This document shows positions 10,501-19,488 of a stretch of DNA of 45,423 nucleotides, piece by piece (position 1 is the stretch's first letter; each line of letters opens with the position of its first letter). Origin of the DNA: Raillietiella orientalis (lineage: Eukaryota); contig JAYWIR010000060.1 of NCBI GenBank assembly GCA_036172245.1, forward strand, positions 620,001 to 665,423, in the 5' to 3' direction. The notes under the pieces were generated by a model. The model ran no database searches. It saw only the letters and a program-made list of their open reading frames with translations, and had not been told where the DNA came from. The translations under genes were made by a program, and so were the position numbers.

Positions 10501-11115
10501 AGCGGTTGGACCATGGGAGAACTGGCGGATGCCACGACCCCGAGTGCCCTCCCTCGTGGACTTCGTCGATGGGGCGAGCTGCTCGGCATCCCGACGGATG
10601 ACCTGAAGTGGCCCCCAATACTGATAGGATCCAGGCTTCTCCCCCTGAAGTGGCAAGATTCGGCGCTGCTGCTGTTGCACTGGGGTCTACCCTGCAACGC
10701 GCGCCGCTTCCACTGGACGCGGGGGAGTGTAAGGCCTGAGTGTGCCAGGTGTGGGGAGCGAGAATAGCTCCCCCACCTACAAGTTGACTGTGCTGCCCTC
10801 CGACCCCTGTGGGAACGGTTCGGGACGACCTTCGGTCTCCCAATGGGCAGCGCGCCCAGAGACGTTCTTCGGCACCTCTTCGTGCGGGACGCCCTGCAGC
10901 CCGCCGCAGCCCTCGCAGCCCTCTGCTTTATCCGGGGCATCGTGGCGGCATGGAGCGACATTCGCGACGAAGGAGTGGATGCCAACGTGAGGGATGTCAT
11001 CCCGTATGCGGTCTGCTTCATGCGGAGAGCAGCGAGATGGCTCCATCTACGAAACATGAAGATGGACCTAGAGGGCATCCTGCGAAGGATTGACCCTCTT
11101 CTATGTGGATTGTGA
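7519..11115 (+). pseudogene. A1 ORF2: APE, RT and CCHC zinc finger (about 1198 codons), two premature stops
   Basis: SWNVNG, LQE, NVYAP, GDFN, IDH, SDH; DLHKAFD, QGDSLSPLLF, YADD; CARC..H..DC. ORFs 7552..9876, 9952..10767 and 10843..11115 share one frame. No ATG at the N-terminus. Confidence 0.92.
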
Positions 11116-11196
11116 TCCCTTCCTCTCCCTCCAAACTCTTTTTTTTGTTTACCTTATCTTTATTTTTCTTTTTGTTTTGATCCCTATCCCCCTCCA

Positions 11197-11323
11197 CTGC
11201 CGAGGAGCGTCACGCCGGGCTGCGTCCCGGCAGGTCCGGTGTTGTGTGGCCGTTAGTGGGGCCTCGTACCACGTTTATGCAGAGTTTTTTTCAATAAACG
11301 ATCCGGGCGTACCCGGGTGACAA
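11197..11323 (+). other. Structured 3' UTR: CTGCGT-loop hairpin, GGCC hairpin, AATAAA and terminal CCGGG hairpin
   Basis: gccggg-ctgcgt-cccggc (11214-11231); ggcc-gttagtgg-ggcc; aataaa; ccggg-cgta-cccgg. The first and terminal hairpins have homologues at the other element 3' ends. Confidence 0.65.
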
Positions 11324-12212
11324 CCCCAAATCCCGCAGGTAGGCGATGCAGGGGGAACTGATCGCAGAACTCCTGGACCGACCGCTTGAAGCGGTCCCAG
11401 TCCTGAAGTGTCTGCATCCTGAAGCTCCGAATAAACGCGCGGAGGTGCTCCGCCGCATCGGAAAACTTTAGCCTGTCCCCTGGCAGACGCCACGCTGACG
11501 AGGGGGGGGCCTTGTCGCGCAAACGCACTTCGAACATGATCCGACCATGGTCCGACAGCTCGCATGGTACCTTGCCGCGCCTGCCCACCCGAGAGCATAG
11601 GTGCTGATCAAGGTACACGTGATCGATGCTGCTTTCCATGGCCGTGTCCCCGGCCAACAAGTTGCGTGTGTTCATTTCTGCGCACAACTCGTTGACGCGG
11701 TCGTTCAGTGTATCCGGCGCACCTGAAAGCAGGCGCAGGTTGAAATCACCTGCGATCAGGTGCGCTTTGCGAACTCCTGCATCGGTCAGCCAATCGCGTC
11801 TCAGGGCAAGGTAGAATTCCCTTCTTGCCTTCGCCCTCAACGCGTTGATTCCGCTAGGAGCGTATAGGTTGGTGACGACCGGGTCGATAGAGTCGGACCA
11901 GCTGAGAGTCAGCTGACCGACGCGACCTGCGTCATCGAACCGAACGTCCTTTATTGCGGTCTCGATGGCTGGCCGAAGCAGGAAGGCGACACCGCTTGAT
12001 TTCGCCGTGCCACAACGCCACAACAGCCGCCCACCCGAGATCCGTTCGATCTCCCGGGCTTGATCTGCGGAGATCACGTGGATCTCCTGCAGCAAAACCA
12101 GGTCGAAGGATGCCAGGGTGGCGGCCACGTCACGCCTCTTGCCGTCGTCGCTTAGCCCGTTCACGTTCCAACAGGCGATCAGAAGACGACGGCGAGAGGC
12201 GATTTCCGGCAT
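11324..12212 (-). pseudogene. B1 ORF2 N-terminus (APE endonuclease), truncated by insertion
   Basis: MPEIASRRRLLIACWNVNG...NLYAP...GDFN...IDH...SDH. The ATG overlaps the ORF1 stop (TAATG, 12210-12214). Confidence 0.88.
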
Positions 12213-13855
12213 TATGGCTGGCAAAGTGGCGTCGCGGCACCTGCCGCGGGGCAGGTGTAGGACAGGTCCATCGGTACGAGGACATAGGCCTCTTCAGGCG
12301 CCTGGGGTACCTGTTCGGCCTCCATCCTCACCATCCCCTCCGTGTCCGAGCGTGGAATTCTCTCGGACGACGGGTCCCGGGAGTTTCCCACGCTCATGGC
12401 ACCCTCGCTACCGGAAGTTATTTCTTCCCCTTCGTCGGGGGAGACGATCTTCCGGGGCATTGTGGACTTTCGTCCTGCCTTTTTGCGGGGTGCCGCGGAG
12501 ATGGATGCTGTGTTTCCGGCCTTCACCTCGGGGTCGGAAGTGGCCGACTCCTGAGGGGAAGCCGGACGCCTGACGGCCTTTTTGCCAGCCTTGGGGGCAA
12601 CCGGCTGCAGCGAGGCAGCCAGCTCCTCCGCGGCGCGCTCGAAGGCTACGTCATCGAGCGTGAGCTCGATGACGGACGCCGCCGCCTCGCTGCCCTCCTT
12701 GTTGACTTTGTGAACGGAGGGTTCAGCAGGGGAATCAGCGAGTTTTTTAGCGCCGCCTTCGTCGATGGCGGGAATCCGCTCTACAACGACGCAGCAGCTT
12801 TTAATTTTTTCGCGGCGCAGAGCGGTTTCGCTCCGTTTCGCCACGTTCTTTCCCTTCTTATGGGAGTTTTTCTTGGGGTCGACCTTCTGCCACCCTGGCT
12901 CTTGACCCTCGCCCTCGACCTTTTCGGCGTTTTTCGCCGAGGTCTCCAAGCTGGCCTTCGCCTTGGTGGCGGAGGTGACCTCCTTAGCAGCAGCACGAGC
13001 TACCAGCTTCTTTCTCTTTTGTGCCGTGCGCTTTCTCGCGTTTTTCGCGGACACGACGCTAACTGTGTTATGGGGGCACACCAGACGGGTGTGCCCCGCT
13101 TGTTTGCATTGCTGGCACTGCACGTTCGGACACCTCATTTTAAGGTGACTAAAGCTGCTGCAGCAGCCGCAAAACTTGGGTTTCCCCACGTACCACAAGT
13201 AAACGGATTGACCGTTGACGGTGAGTTTGTGGGGAAAGTCACATCCCTCGCGAACCTTCACTCGCGCTGCACCCAGGCCGCCAAGCAACCCGTCGTGATC
13301 GACAAAAGGAGTAGGGTTTCCCCGCAGCGCGTGGACAGTTGCGAATTTTTCCAATTCGTTCCGGACGGCCTGTTTCGTCAACCGGAACGTGATACCGGTC
13401 AGGTGAATGATCACCGACTGGTGTTTAGTAATTGGGAGAAGCCTCCGGCTGCCCATAATTACGGGGGTTCGCAGAAGTCTCTGCGCAAGAGTTGCCTCCT
13501 TGCAGATAACTTCCACAAATTGACCCCCGCTTCTGACGGACATAGCCAGAAGCTCCTCTTTCTGTACGCCGAGAACGCGCATCGCCTGTGAGAAGGCGCG
13601 CGCATCCTCGGGAGAATATAGGCCGCCTACCTTATATAGTAGGGGTGGGTTATACCCCTCCTCCAGGTAAGCGCGCATTTCCGCCATAGCCGCTGGCGTA
13701 GGTGCCGCAGCCACGGCGTTCCAAGCCCTGGGTAGGGCCGGGGGCGCATCCGTGCTGGCAGGAGCCTCCACTGATGCGGGAGCTTCCACCTCCATCTCCT
13801 CCGGGGGCAATGAGGTCATCGCCCCCGGATCCTCAACGGTGGTGGTATCAGGCAT
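12212..13855 (-). CDS. B1 ORF1: gag-like protein with two CCHC knuckles, 547 aa
   Basis: CGCCSSFSHLKMRC and CQQCKQAGHTRLVC. Confidence 0.9.
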   Translation of the reverse strand: MPDTTTVEDPGAMTSLPPEEMEVEAPASVEAPASTDAPPALPRAWNAVAAAPTPAAMAEMRAYLEEGYNPPLLYKVGGLYSPEDARAFSQAMRVLGVQKEELLAMSVRSGGQFVEVICKEATLAQRLLRTPVIMGSRRLLPITKHQSVIIHLTGITFRLTKQAVRNELEKFATVHALRGNPTPFVDHDGLLGGLGAARVKVREGCDFPHKLTVNGQSVYLWYVGKPKFCGCCSSFSHLKMRCPNVQCQQCKQAGHTRLVCPHNTVSVVSAKNARKRTAQKRKKLVARAAAKEVTSATKAKASLETSAKNAEKVEGEGQEPGWQKVDPKKNSHKKGKNVAKRSETALRREKIKSCCVVVERIPAIDEGGAKKLADSPAEPSVHKVNKEGSEAAASVIELTLDDVAFERAAEELAASLQPVAPKAGKKAVRRPASPQESATSDPEVKAGNTASISAAPRKKAGRKSTMPRKIVSPDEGEEITSGSEGAMSVGNSRDPSSERIPRSDTEGMVRMEAEQVPQAPEEAYVLVPMDLSYTCPAAGAATPLCQP

Positions 13856-13936
13856 TGCTGCCTAATCCTCCACCCACACCACGCACAAGCACCAACGGAA
13901 ATGGAACTCAGGAGCAACGAAAAGACACGTCCGCTC

Positions 13937-13954
13937 GACGCTCCGGAATCTCCA
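13937..13954. repeat. 18-bp direct repeat gacgctccggaatctcca (partner 19489-19506), probable TSD
   Basis: Lies between B1 and B2 and at the far end of B2. In the A' host frame it reads T-L-R-N-L-Q, homologous to A1 TLRSLQ. Confidence 0.7.
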
Positions 13955-14167
13955 TTGTAACCCGGGTGCGCCGATACGTTTATTCTAACGAATAAACTTA
14001 TACAATCTGTGACTGGACCAGTAGTCCAGCCACGCCCTGGAAAGATATAGCCTGCCGGGCTACCGGTGCGCAGACCGGCGCGGTCGACCTCGGCAGCAGA
14101 GGGGAGGGGGAACGAAACAAAAAGAAAACAAAAAATAAACAAAAATCAGGGAGGGAGCAGGAAGGGA

Positions 14168-17100
14168 TCACAGTCTGCTAGGAGGGCCCGTCATCTTCTG
14201 GAGGATGCCGGCAAGCTGTTTCTGCTTGTGTGGTTCCAGATGGGGCCATCGCGTCGCCATCCTGAGGAAACGGGCAGCATACACGTTGGCATCCCTGTCG
14301 CTGGATCCTCCCGTCGCTTTGCTCTATGCGACGACGATCGCGCGTAGGCAGCACAGGGCTGCAAGCAAGGCCGCTGGAGGCAGGGCGTCACGGACGAAGA
14401 GGGGGCGCAAAGCGTCTCTGGGGTTGCCTCCGGGGATCCCCAGGGCTGCGGCAAAGCGTTCCCACAAGGGACGGTGGGCAACACAATCCACTAACAGGTG
14501 GGGGAGGTATTCCCTCTCACCGCACCTGACAGAATTGGGGTTGACAACCCCCCGCGTCCAGTGGTGTCGGCGGGCGTTGGAAGGAAGCCCCCAATGCAAC
14601 ACCATCAGTGCCGACTGTTGCCACTTCATGGGGAGGGTGCGCGAGTCCATGAGCACCGGAGGCCACTCGAGATGTTCCTCTGGAACATCCAGTAGCTCTC
14701 CCCAGCGCAAAAGTCCATTTGGGGTGGTCCTCGGGGTCGCAGCGTTGGTGAGCTGACCCGTTCTCCAATCCCCGATCTTCTTTGCCCTGCTGGCGATCTT
14801 CACAGTTACCTCCCATTGTGCCGCGACGTCGCTGCCCAGATGTTCCCGTAGGATAGGCAGTACCGCAGCAAGGGAGGTTCTTTGTGCCCACGCTCTCCTT
14901 CGGGGATTCTCGATGATTTCTCGGAGCGTGCGGTGGGCGTGAGGCCCGAACAGAGCTATTCGCTCGTGTTGCGGGCTCTGCTCCTGAATCATCGCCCACG
15001 TTCGCATGGTTTCCTGCAGCCAGGCAGGACTGTTCGCGGGGCGTACGAGGATCCGCGCCGAGTTGTTCTTCACGAGCTTGGCCGCCCTCCGAAGTTGAAG
15101 TCCGCAGTGGCAGATGGGGCTTCGGAGTGCAAAGTAGGACGAGAGTCCCGCATTGCCGGTGGCCCGCTCGACGAGGAGACGTGCAGGGAGGCACCAAGGG
15201 GTGCACCAATTTCCTGCCATAAAGGCAACAACTCGGAACTGGAGCTGTAGCTCCAGCCGCTCCAACGTCAGGAGGCCCAGACCACCATCCCGACGAGGAG
15301 CGCACAAGTCCGAAAGACGGACTCGGGGCCTCCCTCTGCCCCAAAGGGCGATCCTCAGGAGGTCCTTCGTCCTCTTCTTTGACTCCGCTGACGGGGGGCA
15401 AACAAAAAGCAAGGGGCGAAGGAGGGGGGCCGCAAACGCGTTCCACGCCGCGGCCCGTTCCTGCAGGTAGAACCTGCCGTCCTGGAACGGGCCGATCGCC
15501 GCCTGAGCCTGCTGAAGGCAGCCGGACCACGCTTCCGCAGGGGAGTACTCCCCCAACGGCACACCAAGGTACTTGAAGTACCTCACCGTGGGGATCCCCA
15601 AACGGACCCAGTCCTGCGGCCCTGCCCACGCCGCTCCGACTGGCATTACGGACGACTTCGCCCTGTTCACCGTCAGTCCTGTTCCACGACTCAGCAGGTC
15701 GAAGAAGTCCTCGACCGCCGAGGCCGGGGTGGACATAGGCAGCAGCAGCAGAAGATCGTCCGCGTACGCCGAAACCGCAGGCGTACCGGGGCAATCGGAC
15801 GGCAGGTGCGCAATAGTCTCCCTATACGCTCTCAGCACCAATTCGAAAAAGGCGCTAAAGAGCAGGGGGCTCAGGCTGTCTCCCTGCCGTATGCCGCGTC
15901 GCACCGGTACTCCGTGCACGGTTTGCCCGCTGAAAAGAACATTAATGAGCGCGTCGCGCCAGCTGGAGCGCAGGTAGGCCAACAAAGAGGCCGGGAAGCC
16001 CAAGCGTTCCAGAAGCTCCAGGAGGAGATTCTGGTCGACGCTGTCGAATGCTTTACGCAAGTCGACAGCGACCGCAAGGGCTCCCTTCCCCACCCAACAG
16101 TTCCGTCTCCCGCCAACGGACGCACCGGAATTCCGGCTGCTCAATAAGCCCCTTCCTTGTTGGAGCTCTAACCATGTGGAAGCGTGGAACAGGTTCGCCT
16201 CCATGCTCCGCCCGGGAACAGCATAAGTCTGTTCCGGGCTGATGAAGATGTTGGCGACCCATCCCAGGCGCTCTGCCCACATCTTGGCTATCAACTTGGC
16301 GTCCGCATTCACTATTGTGATGGGACGCCAGTTGTTCATGCTCCTTAGGTCTCCTCCCTTCGGGAGGAGCCGCACCTTTTCTGAATGAAACGAGGTGGGA
16401 ACGTCACCTGTTTCACGGATCAGCAAGGTGAGCTGATGTACCAGGGGAGTAAGCTCAGCCGCGAAAGTTTGGTAAAACTCCGCGGGCAGGCCGTCCTCCC
16501 CTGGAGCCTTCCGCCTCTTGAGCTTTCCGATGGCCGAGAGGATCTCGTCCATCGTGAAAGGCTCGTCGAGGCTACTTTTCTCCTCCTCCCCGATCGCTGG
16601 AGCACCTTCCGGAAGCAGAAGTCGTGAGACGTCTCGCTCCTTAGGCGCCCTGGCGTACAGGGAGGAGTAAAATTTTCTTACTATCCCGCGTTTCTGAGCG
16701 GGAACCGAGTGCTCCCGGCCCTGGTCGTCCAGCAAGCTGGCCGATCCGGATTGCCGGGCTTGCCTCTCGGCTCCCGCTCGGTACTCTGCTAACCTGCGCA
16801 TGTCGGGGGTTCTCGCGTAACGTCGGGCCTGAAGATAGCACCTTTCGTTACGCGGCCCCTCCCCAAAACCCGCAGGTAGGCGATGCAGGGGGAACTGGTC
16901 GCAGAACTCCTGGACCGACCGCTTGAAGCGGTCCCAGTCCTGAAGTGTCTGCATCCTGAAGCTTCGAATAAACGCGCGGAGGTGCTCCGCCGCGTCGGGA
17001 AACTTCAGCCAGTCCCCTGGCAGACGCCACGCTGACGAGTGGGGGCCCTTGTCGCGCGGACGCACTTCGAACATGATCCGACCATGGTGCGACAGCTCGG

Positions 17101-17749
17101 ATGGTACCTTGCCGCGCCTGCCCACCCGAGAGCATAGGTGCTGATCAAGGTACACGTGATCGATGCTGCTTTCCATAACCGTGTCCCCGGCCAACAAGTT
17201 GCGCGTGTTCATTTCTGCGCACAACTCGTTGACGCGGTCGTTCAGTATATCCGGCGCACCTGAAAGCAGGCGCAGGTTGAAATCACCTGCGATCAGGTGC
17301 GCTTTGCGAACTCCTGCATCGGTCAGCCAGTCGCGTCTCAGGGCAAAGTAGAATTCCCTTCTTGCCTTCGCCTTCAACGCGTTATTTCTTCTAGGAGCGT
17401 ATAGGTTGGTGACGACCAGGTCGATAGAGTCGGACCAGCTGAGAGTCAGCTGACCGACGCGACCTGCGTCATCGAACCGAACGTCCTTTATTGCGGTCTC
17501 GATGGCTGGTTGAAGCAGGAAGGCGACACCGCTTGATTTCGCGGTGCCGCAACGCCACAACAGCCGCCCACCCGAGATCCGTTCGATCTCCCGGGCTTGA
17601 TCTGCGGAGATCACGTGGATCTCCTGCAGCAGCACCAGGTCGAAGGATGCCAGGGTGGCGGCCACGTCACGCCTCTTGCCGTCGTCGCTTAGCCCGTTCA
17701 CGTTCCAACAGGCGATCAGAAGACGACGGCGAGAGGCGATTCCCGGCAT
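14168..17749 (-). CDS. B2 ORF2: APE, RT and zinc finger; open for 1141 aa, then TGG->TAG at 14324-14326 (1193 aa if repaired)
   Basis: All APE and RT motifs including SAYADD. The first Cys of the zinc finger is Ser (PNSVRCGERE). The frame continues to TGA at 14168-14170. Confidence 0.9.
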
Positions 17750-19407
17750 TATGGCTGGGAAAGTGGCGACGCGGCACCTGCCGCGAAGCAGGTGTACGAA
17801 AGGTCCATCGGTACGAGGACCATCGGAACGAGGACGGAGGCCTCTTCAGGCGCCTGGGGTACCTGTTCGGCCTCCATCCTCACCATCCCCTCCGTGTCCG
17901 AGCGTGGAATTCTCTCGGGCGACGGGTCCCGGGAGTTTCCCACGCTCATGGCTCCCTCGCTACCGGAAGCCATCTCTTCCCCTTCGTCGGGGGAGACGAT
18001 CTTCCGGGGCATTGTGGACTTTCGTCCTGCCTTTTTGCGGGGTGCCGCGGAGATGGATGCTGTGTTTCCGGCCTTCACCTCGGGGTCGGAAGTGGCCGAC
18101 TCCTGAGGCGAAGCTGGACGCCTGACGGCCTTCTTGCCAGCCTTGGGGGCAACCGGCTGCAACGAGGCAGCTAGCTCCTCCGCGGCGCGCTCGAAGGCGA
18201 CGTCATCGAGCGTGGGCTCGATGATGGACGCCGCCGCCTCGCTCCCCTCCTTGTTGACTTTGTCAACGGAGGGTTGAGCAGGGGCAGCAGCGAGTTCTTT
18301 AGCGCCGCATTCGTCGATGGCGGGAATCCGCTCTACAACGACGCAGCAGCTTTTAATTTTATCGCGGCGCAGAGCGGATTCGCTCCGTTTCGCCACGTTC
18401 TTTCCCTTCTTATGGGAGTTTTTCTTGGGGTCGACCTTCTGCCATTCTGGCTGTTGACCCTCGCCCTCGACCTTTCCGGCGTCTTTCGCCGAAGTCTCGG
18501 GGCTGGCCTTCGCCTTGGTGGCGGAGGTGACCTCCGTAGCAGCAGCACGAGCTGCCAGCTTCTTTCTCTTCTTTGCCGCGCGCTTTCTCGCGTTTTTCGC
18601 GGACACGACGCGGACTGTGTTTTGGGGGCACACCAGACGGGTGTGCCCCGCTTGTTTGCATTGCTGGCACTGCACGCTCGGACACCTCATTTTAAGGTGA
18701 CCAAAGCTGCTGCAGCAGCCGCAAAACTTGGGTTTCCCCACGTACCACACGTCAACGGATTCACCGTTGACGGTGAGTTTGTAAGGAATCTCACATCCCT
18801 CGCGAACCGTCACTCGCGCTGCACCCAGGCCGCCAAGCAACCCGTCGTAATCGACAAAAGGAGTAGGCTTGCCCCACAGCGCGTGGACAGTTGCGAATTT
18901 TTCCAATTTGTTCCGGACGGCCTCCTTCGTCACCCGGAACGTGATACCGGTCAGGTGAATGATCACCGACCGGTCTTCTGTTATTGGGAGAAGCCTCCGG
19001 CTGCCCATACTTACGGGGGTTCGCAGAAGTCTCTGCGCAAGAGTTGCCTCCTTGCAGATAACTTCCACAAATTGACCCCCGCTTCTGACGGACATAGCCA
19101 GAAGCTCCTCTTTTTGTACACCGAGTGCGCGCATCGCCTGCGAAAAGGCGCGCGCGTTCTTGGGAGAATATAAACCGCCTACCTTATATAGAAGGGGTGA
19201 GTTATACCCCTCCTCCAGGTAAGCGCGCATTTCCGCCATAGCCGCTGGGGTAGGTGCCGCAAGCACGGCGTTCCAAGCCCTGGGTAGGGCCGGGGGCGCA
19301 TCCGTGCTGGCGGGAGCCTCCACTGATGCGGGAGCCCCCACCTCCATCTCCTCCGGGGGCAATGAGGTCATCACTCCCGGATCCTCACCGGTGGTGGTAT
19401 CAGGCAT
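17749..19407 (-). CDS. B2 ORF1: gag-like protein with two CCHC knuckles, 552 aa
   Basis: CGCCSSFGHLKMRC and CQQCKQAGHTRLVC. The stop overlaps the ORF2 ATG (TAATG, 17747-17751). Confidence 0.92.
   Translation of the reverse strand: MPDTTTGEDPGVMTSLPPEEMEVGAPASVEAPASTDAPPALPRAWNAVLAAPTPAAMAEMRAYLEEGYNSPLLYKVGGLYSPKNARAFSQAMRALGVQKEELLAMSVRSGGQFVEVICKEATLAQRLLRTPVSMGSRRLLPITEDRSVIIHLTGITFRVTKEAVRNKLEKFATVHALWGKPTPFVDYDGLLGGLGAARVTVREGCEIPYKLTVNGESVDVWYVGKPKFCGCCSSFGHLKMRCPSVQCQQCKQAGHTRLVCPQNTVRVVSAKNARKRAAKKRKKLAARAAATEVTSATKAKASPETSAKDAGKVEGEGQQPEWQKVDPKKNSHKKGKNVAKRSESALRRDKIKSCCVVVERIPAIDECGAKELAAAPAQPSVDKVNKEGSEAAASIIEPTLDDVAFERAAEELAASLQPVAPKAGKKAVRRPASPQESATSDPEVKAGNTASISAAPRKKAGRKSTMPRKIVSPDEGEEMASGSEGAMSVGNSRDPSPERIPRSDTEGMVRMEAEQVPQAPEEASVLVPMVLVPMDLSYTCFAAGAASPLSQP
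17806..17835. repeat. 15-bp tandem duplication (VLVPM twice) in the ORF1 C-terminus
   Basis: catcggtacgaggac-catcggaacgaggac. Present in B2 and B3, single copy in B1. Confidence 0.8.
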
Positions 19408-19488
19408 TGCTGCCTAATCCTCCACCCACACCACGCACAAGCACCAACGGAAATGGAACTAAGGAGCAAGGAAAAGACACGTTCGCTC

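Larger units (their letters stand above)
5668..11323 (+). mobile_element. Full-length family A element, copy A1 (about 5.66 kb)
   Basis: 5' GGACGTGTTTTT at 5681, ORF1, ORF2, and a 3' UTR ending aataaacgatccgggcgtacccgggtgacaa. Flanks are ccccaactccc and ccccaaatccc. Confidence 0.93.
11324..13936 (-). mobile_element. Family B element, copy B1: 5' UTR, ORF1 and APE, cut at the GFG site by A1
   Basis: Near-identical to the 5' half of B2. ORF2 breaks at FPLHRLPAGFG. Confidence 0.92.
13955..19488 (-). mobile_element. Full-length family B element, copy B2 (about 5.53 kb)
   Basis: 5' motif, ORF1, ORF2, and 3' end aataaacgtatcggcgcacccgggttacaa; bounded by the 18-bp direct repeat. Confidence 0.94.

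Noticed and set aside
9423..11078. Long antisense ORFs (551 aa here; also 11954..13591, 6613..7344, 18274..19173) and the alternative-frame ORF 14517..15794
   Set aside because: They shadow ORF1/ORF2 in GC-rich DNA, have no recognisable motifs, and are not kept open in sister copies.
7519..11115. Bacterial RT system (group II intron, retron, diversity-generating retroelement) or LTR/DIRS element
   Set aside because: The APE-RT-CCHC layout, knuckle ORF1, 5' truncations and TSDs are diagnostic of non-LTR elements. No LTRs, integrase, protease, RNase H or recombinase motifs were seen.
11197..11275. Hammerhead or HDV ribozyme, or tRNA/U2/SRP-derived sequence, in the 3' UTR (ctgccgagga / ctgctgagga)
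   Set aside because: No CUGANGA plus GAAA core, no convincing nested pseudoknot or cloverleaf; the resemblance is only a few bases. An Rfam scan would be needed.
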